This document shows positions 22,916 to 35,951 of a DNA stretch of 64,000 nt, piece after piece. The position numbers were made by a program, and so were the translations under genes. The notes beneath the pieces are model-generated. The model did not search any database. It worked only from the letters and a program-made list of their open reading frames with translations, and was not told where the DNA came from. Location of the stretch: assembly GCA_026025075.1 (NCBI GenBank), contig JAPEUI010000085.1, positions 1 through 64,000 of the forward strand. Reading direction: 5' to 3'. Source of the DNA: Vezdaea acicularis. Lineage: Eukaryota. Each line of letters begins with the position of its first letter. The stretch's first letter is position 1.

Positions 22916-23135
22916 GAGCATCGGCGATTCTGATTGAGAACGAGGTCTTGAAAGAAGACAAGGAGATATTGAGGTTAGCGTAGATTCCCAAGGGGGGTCC
23001 TGATTGCGCAATGGTGCGTAAAGGAGCATTGGCGGGCATTAGCGGGCGTTGCATACTCCTCTGAGCGATTCATTTCCGATCCATTCGGCCACTGTAAAAA
23101 TAGTTGATCAGCATTAGCGAAAAGGGTTTGGGGTA

Positions 23136-24780
23136 TCAATCAGAAAGTGCTCTATAAGCGACTATCCAGCTCTGCGCAATATCAGCCTCTGCCCTTATGA
23201 CAGCGTCCGCCATTCTCTTTCTCCGATCTGACTGGGTTTCCGTCCTTATTATCTTTCCCCCAGCCTTATCGTTATCCGCTCGTTCCGAGCTGGATAGACC
23301 TGATACGGTCTTATTGTAAAATTCCTGGAGTGCATTCAAGATTGTCTCCACGATTACGTCCTTTGCTCCATTGGTATATGCGCGTAGAGAGGTGATGGTG
23401 CCCCTATACTCCTTTAATGCCTCTGAAGTTGCATCAAACTGGGTCTTAGCCGTTAAAAACTCGTGGCGTGACATATTGAGAATGTTGAGGAGGATGAGCA
23501 CCTCGCTCATGTCGTCGTCTTCGGAAAAGTAACTCTGCTGCTTCCTGAAGAGGTAGTAATCTTCTAGTATGCCTTTTACTTTAAGGTACTCTAGCCTCTC
23601 TTGCTTGTCGGTCTTCTCAAGCGGGTGGTGTTCTAATAACTTGTCAATAAAGACCTGAGCCTTAATTTCTGCAACATCGTATTCAGCATGACTGGCTGCA
23701 ACATAGCCGTAGCATCGCAGTAGCTCTGACTGAGGAAGGTCTCCGTAGTCATTAAAGATCTCTTGGCCCTCTTTGATGTGCTTTGTTGCTGTCATTTCCA
23801 AACCCGAGTCGTCGAAGATAAGCCTCGCCTGCTTCAAGTCAGTACTCTGATCGAAAAATAGAGCTTTTAATGCACGTGTTATTCAGTACATTATTCTTGG
23901 CCGCATCCGCGTTGAGCATATCTGCCATAGGTACCATTCCCTTGAATGTAGCTTCCGCGTCGCTTTCTCCGCTCGCAGATGAGTTCGGTTCGGCGTCTTC
24001 TTCCCAATCCTCCATTTCAACGTCTTGTCCCATGCCGGTTGTCCTATCGTCTTCGCTATATGATACATCAAAGGAGTATGACTGTATAAGAGAAGCCATC
24101 CTATGACCCAAAGTGATTATCTCATCTTCCAGGAGTATTCTTCCTGCCCCATGAATGCCTAAGGAGTTAGGTGAGAAGTTGAAGAGATCGTTATGTTTAT
24201 GGACGAGAGGAACGATCGACTCCCTGAAATCTGTCTCCGCCTCTTCCTTTCCAATCTTTTCAACCACTGCGCTTTCTTTCAGCCACTCAAGCTCTTGCCT
24301 GTTCCAATACATCAAGGTATCAAAGCTGCTGGGTAGGATATCAAAGTATGCCTTCCATGGAGATTTGTCCCCCTGGGAATATTCATAAAGCAAGACCACT
24401 ACTAAGGCCTGTGATACCTTGAGATCAGCACATTGCACTAGGAGTCGTAAGTCAAGTTACACTTCATACATTCCAGTCGCCAAGGTTTTCGAGGACATGT
24501 GGGGCGACTGTGCTTAGCTCCGAGGTCCGCTGACTCAGGACAATGTTACGGGGTACTCGGAAGAGCACTTCCCCTTTTTTTATATCAGCCTTTGCAGCTA
24601 TCCAGACATTGTCAGCACGATCTCACAGAAGCTGCGAAGCTTAGATATCTTACCAAGCCCTCTTCCGGCGTCTCGAGAACGAAAATCCTCCAATGCCACC
24701 TTATCACTGAAATAGGCTCCTGGGTGGCTCAAGAACCATGCCAAGAAGGCCTTGGACTGCTCATTGAAGTTGTCCGTCAT
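23136..24780 (-). CDS. SET-domain protein lysine methyltransferase (SETD6/Rkm4-like), 4 exons
   Basis: GRGL|AAKADIKKGEVLFRVPR, SPWKAYFDILP, MVPMADMLNAD, GQEIFNDYGDLPQSELLRCYGY. Confidence 0.85.
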
Positions 24781-25032
24781 AGCTTTTCATCGCAAGTATG
24801 GAAATACTAGTATGCAAGGAATATGAAAAGAAAACCCAGCTCAATATTGAAATGTGGTGTGGGTGGGAGGACTCGGCGGTGATGGGAATTGTTTAGGCTT
24901 TGGGCTTTGGGATCTGTGCCGGCGCTAAGGCGGCAAGCTCCCGGTGGCTGGGTCCAAACCGAGCAAACATCCCACCAACGAGAAGAAAATTTGCCCCACT
25001 ACAACCTCACCAGGGAGAATGCCACTACCAAG

Positions 25033-26109
25033 ATGATAGCGATTGGCCTCGAAGGGAGCGCGAACAAGCTCGGCGTAGGTGTCATTTTACATCCGCCAAA
25101 AGGGGGCGCGGCGCAGATACTCGCGAACATCAGACATACCTTTGTTTCTCCTCCAGGTGAAGGATTTTTGCCCAAGGACACAGCAAAGCACCACCGGACA
25201 TGGGTGGTTAGGCTCATTAAGCAGGCGATTAAGGAGGCGGGAATTACAGTGAAGGATGTAGACTGTATTTGCTATACTAAGGGGCCGGGTATGGGGGCAC
25301 CATTGCAGTCTGTCGCTGTGGCTGCACGGATGTTGAGTCTATTATGGGGAAAGGAGCTTGTGGGCGTGAATCACTGTGTAGGCCGTATGTCTTCTAGTCA
25401 AATTTGAATCGCCAGTTGCCCACTAAACATTTTTATAGACGTAGAAATGGGCCGAGAGATTACAGGAGCCCAAAATCCAGTAGTGCTCTATGTCAGCGGT
25501 GGGAATACCCAGGTCATAGCATATGCAGACCAGCGCTACCGTATATTCGGCGAAGCTTTAGATATAGCTGTTGGAAATTGCCTCGACCGCTTCGCACGCA
25601 CGCTTTCGATATCAAATGACCCCGCTCCGGGCTACAACATCGAGCAATTGGCCAAAAAAGGGAGCAACCTACTAGATCTGCCCTATGCTGTGAAGGGAAT
25701 GGACTGCTCTTTCTCAGGGATATTGGCCAGCATTGACCTTCTCGCCAAAGCCATGTCGTCAGACCCTTCTATCACACCTGCAGACTTATGTTTCTCACTA
25801 CAGGAGACAGTCTTCGCGATGCTCGTGGAGATTACGGAGCGTGCTATGGCGCACGTAGGCTCGTCGCAGGTATTAATCGTTGGAGGAGTTGGGTGCAATG
25901 AGCGATTGCAAGAGATGATGGGGATGATGGCTGCAGAAAGGGGAGGAAGCGTCTACGCAACCGACGAACGATTTTGCATCGACAACGGGATCATGATTGC
26001 GCACGCCGGTCTGCTCGCGTACGAGACCGGAGTGAGGACGCCTCTGGCCGAGAGCACCTGCACGCAAAGATATCGGACCGATGAAGTCTTTGTTGGTTGG
26101 AGGAGTTGA
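25033..26109 (+). CDS. KAE1: tRNA N6-adenosine threonylcarbamoyltransferase Kae1 (KEOPS)
   Basis: [79 protein letters not shown]. Confidence 0.96.
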
Positions 26110-26382
26110 AGAAAAGATCGACGAAGGGAAGTTGCGCCCCACGCTGTGACCTAGTTGGCGATCAATCATTCCGCGCCCTCCTAGGTGTTCCAGAGCCTCA
26201 AAAAGAGCCCCGCCAGGCTGCAAGTAGAAGGCCCCGGTTCCAATCCATTACAGTCGTCTTAGTGCATATGAAAGGTATTATTGTTCTAAAGTCAGCTACG
26301 CCATTACCATGTCCTCCCAGTCTTTGAGCGGGCGGTTTTAGCACGGATCTCTGCTTGTTAAGTCCTTGCAAACTCTTCTATC

Positions 26383-28117
26383 CTATTCCTCGGCACTTGT
26401 GGGTTTATAAAGGATCGTAGAGACGTACTACATGAACACTTAGCAAAAAGACTTCAAGGCATCGGCGGGGGACAGTCAAACCTTTCTCTTATAGCGGGTT
26501 GTCGCGCTTGTAGCCAGGATTCCGTCCTTGATGCTGCTGGTGGCTAGATGGTTTAAGATTGTATGATTTGGATAATTCAAGACACTTGCGTCGTCTTTCA
26601 TGAGGCTAGTATTGTTCAGGATGGATTTTCCAAGGAACAAGGGGAGGCTAGGTGGTGATGGCGTATTTCCGATCTCATTGGCGGCATGTTGATACTGCGG
26701 GCTATCCTCGGGTGTGTCTAACTCAGAAAGATACTTAGGCATTCCTTTACCATAATTGCGAGGTGGTACCACTTTGACGGTTGGCTGAGTGGATGTCTCC
26801 TCTGACTGTCTGCGAGGCGCGGTCTGGCGCTCAACTTCAGGTGGAGGAGGAAGGGCGTGAGGTGGATGGACCCCTGGCGGTGGATGTGTTTTCTGGATAT
26901 CAATAGGCCGGGAGGGTTGATCAGGAGGTATATCGTCCGCGGAGACCTCAATATAGTTGACGAGGATGTTAGCCAAGTCTACGGCTGTGGGAAGATCATC
27001 CGAAGTTTTCATGTCCCCATCCACAATGAATTTCAGATGGTGAGTGCCAGGAGGCAATCCAACGACCGCAGATAGTATGTTCTCATTACTAGAACTGTAA
27101 CGAACACCTTATTAGCATGAGCCTTCAGTGAAGTTTTGAATGGGGGGCAATCCTATGACAACGCGGCTTAGACATCGACTAGAACACTATGGCAAGACCG
27201 CGGATGCCATTGTGTACCCAAATAATCACGTAAAATATGAAATATATGAAACAGAACGAGAAGTAACAACAAGTTCCTTTATCGTAGGTAATACTTGATG
27301 ACCAATTGATGAGAGTTACTCACTGCTTGTGAAGACGGAACTTCCTATTCCAATTGGCGAAAGTGCCGGTCACGTAGACCTTCTGGCCCCCTCGATGCCA
27401 TGCGAGGTAAGTCGGTATGGTCTTCGTGACAGACTCCTCGGACAGTGGCTGGTCGTCGTCATCGTCATCATCTCCCATGGTAGTGCTGCTAAGTAGGGAC
27501 GTCTTGCGAGGCAGAGATCCTTCGACTGCATCTTGGTCAAAGTCTAGTGAAAGATCCTGTGGGGAGATGATAGGAGAGCCGGGCGTATGGAGTTCTTCTC
27601 CAATGGGCAAGGGAAGCCGGGGTGGTCTCTGCGTTTGAGACGGAGGAATACGGTATGGATCTTGCGGTGGACCGGACGGGTTGATGCCGTGATCATATCT
27701 GGGAGCTCCATCGGCGGTTGTGGGAACAGCTACCGGTTCAGTAGGCTTATATTGCTTCTCATTAGAAAGCCGCTCCTGCTGGGCCACACGGGATTGATCA
27801 TGACCCATCTCATCAGATATTGGAGGCTGCGTTGGGGCTGGCGCTATATCGATAGTTTTGGATCTCTGTCGAGCATGAGTCGCTCGACTTGGAGGTTGCA
27901 AGGAGCTGTGAGCAAGTGCACTGGTCAGAGATTCGGATGGTGGGGCGGCGGTGGCTTTGCCAGATGACAACGCTTGAATCGAGTCTCTCCTACGAGGTTC
28001 TCGGCGTGGAGGAGGCGGATTATTACTACTGACAACACTCGGGTCTCTTACTTGCGCGGAAGCAGCGTGGCCTCCAGCCGGTAGTGACGGCGGAGGCCTG
28101 GATGGAGTGTTCCCCAT
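26383..28117 (-). CDS. SNF1/AMPK beta subunit (Gal83/Sip2-like)
   Basis: MGNTPS myristoylation start; carbohydrate-binding module GGQKVYVTGTFANW...PPGTHHLKFIVDG; ASC domain PPSLPLFL..NHTILNHLATSSIK..TTRYKRK|YVSTILYKP. Confidence 0.93.
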
Positions 28118-29006
28118 CGCCTTACACCGAGGCTCGAGACGAGACGATTTCCAAGACAGCAAAAGGAAAGCACGGTGTGGGGGGTTGTAGATTTACGGTA
28201 GCTACGAAGATAGGACGCCTAGATATATAGAGGAGAGAATGTCATGAACGCCGGGACATTGGGCCACAACCACGAGAGTGCGGCGAGCAGGGTAGGCTCG
28301 GCGGTAATGAATTAAATGTATATCGGAGGCGTGTAGGGCGAGTCTACACAGACAGACATTCGAGGGCGAACAGGTGGTTCGGATCAGTGGCCACGCCCAA
28401 ACGCTGCGAGGCAGGGCTAGTGTTTTAGCCGAGCCTTGCGAGTCGGACAGGGATGGGCTGTCGCGTAGTGGCGGTAGCTATCCCGGTTGGGCTTGCTGTA
28501 TGGGGGCGGCGTCATGCCTACGCAGTCGAGTGGTTGCGTCGCCATGCTTCTCCAGAGTTGCAACCACAAACCTTTATATACACTTCTGCCAACGAGAGCT
28601 TAGAGCCAAAACGGTACAGTACACAGCTCTACCGGCTTGTCGTGCCCGGAGTAGATGGCAAGTTGGGATTGTCTTGGCTGTAAAGGCTCCAGCAGTGTTT
28701 GATGGCTCGTAAGATGCCCAACGTGTCCGGCTTCAGAGCCGTACAATGTAGCTACCACATACAAATCATCTAAAATGGTGAACAATGCGCAAACGAATCA
28801 TAGAACGCCCCATCAATATGTATGGATGCAAGACCTGTTCGATTATGCCGTGCGGTATGCGGGGATGCCCGAGCTTCTGTATTCTCGCAGCAGGTCTCGT
28901 GTCCATAGACAATCTGCAAGCGACGTGTGTCACGGTGTCTCCAACGCAAGCTGATATACAATTTCATGTGTCCCGCCAGCATGTCTCTGCATCTGAGTAG
29001 GGCGGG

Positions 29007-29624
29007 ATGAATCCACCTGAGACGAGTCGATCCGGGCCCACCCCTAGAGTCGTCATGGCCGTTCTCTCGTCCATCAAGGCAGTTGGCGCATTCATCCTTG
29101 TGCCGATCTACCAGCTCCTCCGAGCGCTCGGGAACCTGCTTGCAGGATTGATACTGATCATCTTTGCGCCAGTGATCCACGTCGCTGCATATGCAGGCCA
29201 CGCCTTTTTTGTCATTCCGTACAGGATATTTGCTAAGTTCGAGGTTCGTGGTTCAACCGTGCCTTTATAGTCATTTCCGCTGATTGTTGCGCAGAGTATC
29301 TATATCTTCCTAGGCGTTGCGGCGGTCGTTGGTATCCTTACCGGCGGGATACTCTACCTGGTCTCAAAGTTACTGGTCTCCGTCTTAGGCATTGGAGGCT
29401 CTTCGGACGTGACGGGCAGGACGGCGGCCTCAGTACGAGCGGCGAGGCGGAAGAGAATCGCAGAGTCGCGATCACCTGGGAAAAGTGGGCGTTTTTCGGC
29501 GGGAAGTGATCTTAAGAGGGAGTATGCGGAATGGCTAGAGCCAGATAGAGAAAAGAAAGGGAAGGGGCTTCTATCGCAGACTATATTAGAGGAAGAGGAT
29601 GATAATTCAGACGGCGATTTCTGA
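29007..29624 (+). CDS. Small uncharacterised membrane protein, 2 exons
   Basis: Hydrophobic ORF 29007-29243 spliced to SIYIFLGVAAVVGILTGGILYLVS...GRTAASVRAARRKR...LLSQTILEEEDDNSDGDF*. Confidence 0.75.
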
Positions 29625-30015
29625 TGGGGGACATGCAAGAGCCGCAACCCACGAGTATCCACCAGGCCTTTTTCAGTGCTGTGAGAGCTTGTATTTTGGA
29701 TTGCTACATCTAACTTATGCTCTGTGATGGTTCTGGCAGGGAAGTTTACTGTGAGCCTCGAGCCCCACAAAGGCCTGCTTCGAGCTGCCCGAGCGATTGC
29801 GAGCATCGTGAAAGTCTCCGATGAGCAAATTCATATAGGTACAGGTTGATGTGAACGCTAGCCGGCCGTTTCCTGTCATACGCTGTCATGATAACCGCCG
29901 TCCCATTTATTCCCGCAATGCTAGACATGCATACTCTGGGAAACCCTCGTTATGATCTACAAGCCACAACGCTATTCCAATGCAATTTATCGTTGTTTCC
30001 GAGCTCTCGTGACTG

Positions 30016-31283
30016 TTAGTTTCGGTACCCCTGAGAGCGATGTCCAGAATAACCTGGAGAATTGAAGAGACTGGGAGAACCTATGTATTTGTCATCAGGA
30101 TCGGGCAAGCCAGATTCGATTGTTGTAGTGTGTGCTACATTTATCCTCAAAGGTATGGGCTTATTAGGGCCAGGTGAAGCAGGGCCTGAGCTTGGCCATC
30201 TATCGTCGACGTATGACCGTTGGAGTGGCCGATGCTCCAGCTCAGTTGGATCATGCGTCACCCAGTGAACGACCAATACACCCCAAGTGACTATTGAAGA
30301 TATTTTAGCGCCTAAGCTTATCTCATCCGGGGGGGTTTGCGCTGAGCTTACTGTCAATAGTGCAGAGCATGAAGCAGAGCCAACTCTGTTCGAAGCCGCG
30401 CAGATAGAATAAGAGCGATAGGTTTGCCACGGTTGAGCATAGGACACCCACACCAGCAACCAATGATTTCCATGCTAACCTCTCTACAAGCCCCCTGTTG
30501 TCAAGTGCGTTGGTCTCTGGTCCTGGATTAACCGGTCTTTTCCCAATGATACTTTGGATAGTTGCTCCCCACTCTTTCAACCACTGAGGGGTAAAATTCG
30601 GGAGGCCCCTCCGCATGTATGGCCGGACCAAGTGAAAGAAGATGACAGTTAAAGAGAGGTTTGCGGCGATATCGTAAATCAAGAGTGGCAAAGTGATCTT
30701 AAGGGGTAGTCCAATGCGGCACCTCCCATCGATCTGCGAGATATCGTAAAGTGGCTCGACGAAAGAAAAGATTGCGATAATGCCGAATCCGAGGAGGACC
30801 ACGACCAGCGATCCTAGGAACAAGGGATCTTCTCGGCGAGTTCTCTGGTGTTGTTGGATGGAATGAACTCTTTCCACTAGGAAGACGTACATAATCACCT
30901 TGCCACCAACATAAAAGACAAGGCACAGGATAATGGCGGCTTTACACTTGGGTAGGTCTCCAACCCCAACACCGAACCCGAGTATGGCGGACGCGACAAT
31001 GAAAGAAATACCCATGACATAAATCGAAAGGACGAGACTCCGTATGACGTTCAACCGCTTAAGGCTATGAAGACGAAGGTTTTTGATCCGGATTGCTGCA
31101 GAACAGTACGCTAACCTGGTTGCCTCGTAGGTGCGCAGGAAGCCAGGAATAGAATTTACCGAAGCAACCGACCATTAGGCACAAAGAGGCTAGCATTACC
31201 AAAACGTAAGAGACACGACCTGCCAGAGGAATAGCGGCATCTGCCTCATGAGCAACAATGCCGTTCTGCCGTGGCAGTAGCAT
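30016..31283 (-). CDS. Orphan seven-transmembrane (GPCR-like) protein, 3 exons
   Basis: Seven hydrophobic helices after splicing; Cys at top of TM3 (CKAAIILCLVFY) and Cys in loop before TM5 (DGRCRIG); ERV at end of TM3. Confidence 0.75.
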
Positions 31284-32924
31284 TTTCAAAGTCTTGATTT
31301 GATCCAAGCGGTTGCGTTTCAGATACTTCGATCGGACTGGTCATAAAGGTGTTCGTAGCCAGGAAATAAGGTTGCCCTACCATTCTTCCGGTTAAAGTTG
31401 TTCCTAACGGAGACTGGCCAAGCAAAAAGAATGGAGCGAGATGTGAGTAGTCACACTTACCTTGCTCCTCTTTCAGACAATGAGTGTGATCTTGCAAACT
31501 TGCTTACGAGCTGTGCAAAGCTTCCTTTGATGTTGTTGGACAGATGATATCTCAAGTATCCACAACACAAATAGGTTGTGCGTAGGCATGGATCGGCACC
31601 CTGTGTTGAGAAGTATTTTTCGGCCGCGGACAAAATCAGATTCGAGGGCACAAATGGCCAAGCTCGTCTCCTCTCCGCTGGGCCAGTAGTATCGTTGCTA
31701 AAGTTTGGGTTGATAGGGAAGAGTGCGTTAAGTGGGTGAAGGCTTTTTAGGATGCAGAGGAAAGTGTATGAAATTGAGAGCAGTGGGGAAGCCGGCGTCG
31801 ATCGACTTATTGCTTACTTACAATATCAGAATAGAAAGAGACAGCATTGATAAAGCTTTAAGGTAGCCCGTGGAAACTTGTATAACTGAAAAAGTCTTGG
31901 TTCGGCTTCATCAGGTGTAACATGTGCGCAGGTATCCGTGGTAATAAATGGAAACGAGCGTGATACAAGGCCTTTGCGATCGCGCAATCGATATGAATAC
32001 ATGACGCTAACATGGGAAGGAGCGGCGTCCAGTCCGTAAGGCGTTGGCACAGTATTCATAGCAGGGACTCTAACCTAGAGAGAAAGAACCACTTGAACAG
32101 AGCGTGAATGGCTATTTCAAAGCATAGCCGCATCATGGGATCCTGTATCACCACAGCCCACTACGATAAAGGTGAAGGTCTTGATGATAGAGAGCATTCC
32201 AAGAAGGAGTCTGTACGAGAAATTGAGAAAAGGAAAAACTATGAGATACGAAATGATTACAGCTGGCTGCACCTGCACGCTATAGGGATCATTTCTCATT
32301 AATTTTGACCAAGTAAAGGCGATTCCGGCTTAGAAGTTTCCCCCAAACGTTAAACCGAGGTGGCCATCTTGGATTGAGTGTTTCTAAATCATGGCAGTGA
32401 AGCATTGAGATCCCTCGCAGATTCCTTGGGCGCGTGGAATCTGTATATTTCTCTTGCTGCAAGCATATCGCGGACCTTTGAGCCGCCTGCAATGTTTCCA
32501 ATACAATGCCGGTCTAATCGACAGTGCATATGCACTATGTACTCCACCGAAATGATATCTATGCTTTAGGCGGCATCAGATGTTGTGCGACGTGCTGACA
32601 TTTTGACGCAAAATTGGATGCTTCGACGACCATTTCAGGGCCGATTGTAGAATGCTAACGTCCTTACATGTCTTAAAAGCACCCTTGAGCATCTGGCCTT
32701 TAGTCTCGAAAGCAACGAAAATTTGAAAGCACTGGACCTTCAACTTGGTTTGTCATGCATAGTTGTTGCGGTTGCGGTTGACTCGCCTCTAATGTTAGGT
32801 GAGCCACCGCAACCGCAGCTTCGCAGACCCTTAGTTGTGGCGGTGCAGCACACTACAAACCTTCCCCATCGACTGTCCTTTACAGAACTTTAACAAACTC
32901 TCTGCTTACATCGCAGCCGCCATC

Positions 32925-33938
32925 ATGCCACGCGCTGAAGTAGGATCGACGAAGCACCTCAGCAATAAGATGAAGTCAAAAGGACTTCAGCGGCTGAGGT
33001 GGTACTGTCAAGTATGCGAGCGGCAAATGCGCGACGAGAACGGCTTCAAATGCCATACGCAGTCCGAATCCCACGTACGGCAGATGTTACTAGTTGGCGA
33101 AGATCCCAAGAAGTACATCAATGATTACAGCAATCAATTTCAGCGCGATTTCCTCCAACAGCTCAAGACCTCGCATGGCGAGAAGAAGATCAACATCAAC
33201 CACTTCTACCAAGAGTATATCGCGAATAAGGAGCACGTCCATATGAATGCGACAAAATGGCCATCGCTGACTGAGTTCGCAAAATATCTTGGGCGAGAGG
33301 GCATATGTCGTGTAGAAGACAACGAAAAGGGTCTGCATGTCGCTTGGATCGACAACTCACCTGAAGCCTTAAGACGGCAGGACGCGATCCGGAAGAAGGA
33401 AAGACAGGATAAGGGCGACGAGGAAAGGGAGCAAAGGCTGATAAGGGAGCAAGTAGAACGGGCGCAGCTAGACGCGGCAGCAAAAATTACGGAAGAGCCG
33501 GCTGATGACACCAAAGCCTTGCAACGAGAAAGTGGCGAGAAGATCAAGCTAAGCTTTGGGGCCAAAAAAGCTGAGACAAAATCATCCTCCCTACGGACAG
33601 GAAAGAAAGTCGAGGAATTGACCCCCGATGAGACTCAGGAGACTGAGGAGATAAATAGTCCTGAAAATCAAGAAGTTATTCTAGGTTCCGAGGGAACTTC
33701 GCCACCATCAGAGCAGGCTCTAGACAAGATAAACTTCTCGACGAAGAAATCAAAAAATGTATTCGCTGTACTTTCAAAGAAGAATGCACTTAGTGGGAAG
33801 AAAGTGCCTCCAAAAGAGCAGCTGAAAAAACCGATCAGTGAAGCAGAGAGGATCATGAAACAGGAGCTCGAAAGAAAACGCCTACGAGAGGGTAACGCCT
33901 TTGACGGGCTAGAGTTAAAGAGGCAGAAAATATCATAA
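32925..33938 (+). CDS. RTS2: KIN17/Rts2 zinc-finger DNA/RNA-binding protein
   Basis: KGLQRLRWYCQVCERQMRDENGFKCHTQSESH zinc finger; HVHMNATKWPSLTEFAKYLGREG KIN17 winged-helix domain. Confidence 0.93.
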   Translation: MPRAEVGSTKHLSNKMKSKGLQRLRWYCQVCERQMRDENGFKCHTQSESHVRQMLLVGEDPKKYINDYSNQFQRDFLQQLKTSHGEKKININHFYQEYIANKEHVHMNATKWPSLTEFAKYLGREGICRVEDNEKGLHVAWIDNSPEALRRQDAIRKKERQDKGDEEREQRLIREQVERAQLDAAAKITEEPADDTKALQRESGEKIKLSFGAKKAETKSSSLRTGKKVEELTPDETQETEEINSPENQEVILGSEGTSPPSEQALDKINFSTKKSKNVFAVLSKKNALSGKKVPPKEQLKKPISEAERIMKQELERKRLREGNAFDGLELKRQKIS

Positions 33939-34134
33939 AGCATAAGCTATGAGTTAGACGTCATAATGTGGGGCTATTAAGCATTGCTCGGAGTATTGGT
34001 GGAGCCGGACCTGTCATGCCTAAAGCGTGTCAGGGAAGAATCAGCATGGTCGGAATCCATATGGTATTCTTTCGCCTTTGGCTACATGCAATCTTTAAAG
34101 CTAACAAGAACTGCACGGTAGTATATCAGATCGT

Positions 34135-35721
34135 CTATGCGATTGTCTGCTCGATGCACTCTATCCCATACTTCTCCTTCAACGTCTTGATCAGAGGGTC
34201 ATTGATCTTCGAGGTCATAGGAGCCAATATGCCCTTCTCAGAGATAGTCCCATTGAGCACAAGCTGTACCGCAACCGCACAGGGAGTACCCACAAGCTTA
34301 GCCATTGCTGAGTACCCCTTTGGATCACCATATTCAACCAAAGTCGAAGTTCTTATTTCCTGTAAACAAGCTTAATTAAGTATGTGGAGCGGGATGATGG
34401 CTTGGCCTCTTACCTTCTCCCCATTCTTATGCTCAATTTCGAACTTGTGCTGAAGCATGACCATATCCCTTTCATCCTCTTCGTATTGCATCTTCTTCTC
34501 GAGTGTCGCGCAGAGTGTATCGAGGGGAGTGCCACGAGGCGTAATCCTGTCATCTGAGAAAAGGCCAAGCCAGCGAAGGCCTGCAACAATTCGATCCTTC
34601 TCTGCCGTGTCCTTGAACTTGGTTTTGGAAGAGATAGCCCAGATGAGGTCACTGAAGGGGGTCATCAACGGATCATTCAAGATAAATAAGGAAACTCACG
34701 ACTCAGATTCGGAAGACGAACTCAAGGTCTTAGCAAATGCCTCCTTCCAGGTTATTGGCTTATCCGAAGGTTTCAGATAATCAACTTGCTCCTCACTCAA
34801 GAAGCCGATATCGACCAAGACATGGACAAACTCCGGGAATCCTTGATATCTTAGCGTACCTCTGATGATGGTTTGAGCTTCAGGGATGTTATAGCGCTCC
34901 TTATACGGACTTGAATCGCGATTTGGATAGGCAACGAAGGCATATCCCGGGTAGATAAAGTAGGGTTTTGCAACGCCCATCAGCTTAGCGCCTGGAACCT
35001 CCTCAATCTTGCCGTCCTGCCAAAATTTGGCTGAGTTCCTTAGTGCCAGTAAGACCCCTCTCGAAGACCAGGAAAATTTATAGCCTAATGGATTATTCGA
35101 AGCTTCTGGCGCTGGAAGGCCGCCGCAGTAGGATAAGAAGCTCAAAATCTTTCCCCCAGACTCATGTACCTCATTTATGGTTTTAAGCGCATACAAGTGG
35201 TCAATACCAGGATCTAGTCCGATTTCATTCATGACTGTGATTCCTGCCTCCTTCGCCTCCTTGTCAAGGTCCATCATTGCTGGTGAAACATAGCTTGTAG
35301 TGACAACATTTTTCTTTTTCTTTATGGCTGCCTTGATTACTCCGGCATGGAAGGTATATGGGATCAAACTAATGACAATGTCTACCTTTTCAACCTCTGC
35401 TTCGAGGGCCTCAGAGTTTGTGACATCGAGAGATATAGCCTTCGCATTCTTGACTCCCCCGATGAGGTTTTTGGCGCTCTCCAAGGTACGACAAGCTTCG
35501 ACTTCGTTTAGAATCTGCCTCGATTATTTATAGGATCAACGGTATATCTCTCACCAGCGGTTATTTCAATGCCATCCTTTGCAAGGATTTCGAGTGTGGG
35601 CTTAACAACGAATCCTGTGCCTAAAAGCAGGGCCTTCCTGGAAATTGTTTAACAATAATCTCAATCACACAGAGCCTAAGATATACCTCGGAGGACCAAA
35701 TTTGGGAATTAACCTCTCCAT
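34135..35721 (-). CDS. LYS9: Saccharopine dehydrogenase (NADP+, L-glutamate-forming) / saccharopine reductase
   Basis: ALLLGTGFV, VVTTSYVSPAM, NEIGLDPGIDHLYA, SYCGGLPAPE, YKFSWSSRGVLLA, YPNRDS, RGTLRYQGF, SAMAKLVGTPCAVA; multi-exon. Confidence 0.96.
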
Positions 35722-35951
35722 CTCGATTGTGGCGGAGGTTTATTGGGTTAATTTGTTCCGCAGGATCTGCGTCACTCGGAATTTTTTTGGTACAATACCC
35801 CTCGGTGCCCCTTCCGCGTGTGGCGTCTCGCCTAGTCTGCCTTTCTAGGCTATAAGCGACGGGAAGGTTGCCGAACCCTTGAGAAATAGCCGCTCTTTTG
35901 TCAGAACACCTTGCAATTCTAACAACCACGAGTGTAGCCACATTCTCCACG

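Noticed and set aside
27090..27322. Long (~230 nt) intron of the SNF1 beta gene as a possible snoRNA host (GTGATTA...CTGA on minus strand)
   Set aside because: C box is imperfect and I found no antisense element to rRNA; left uncalled
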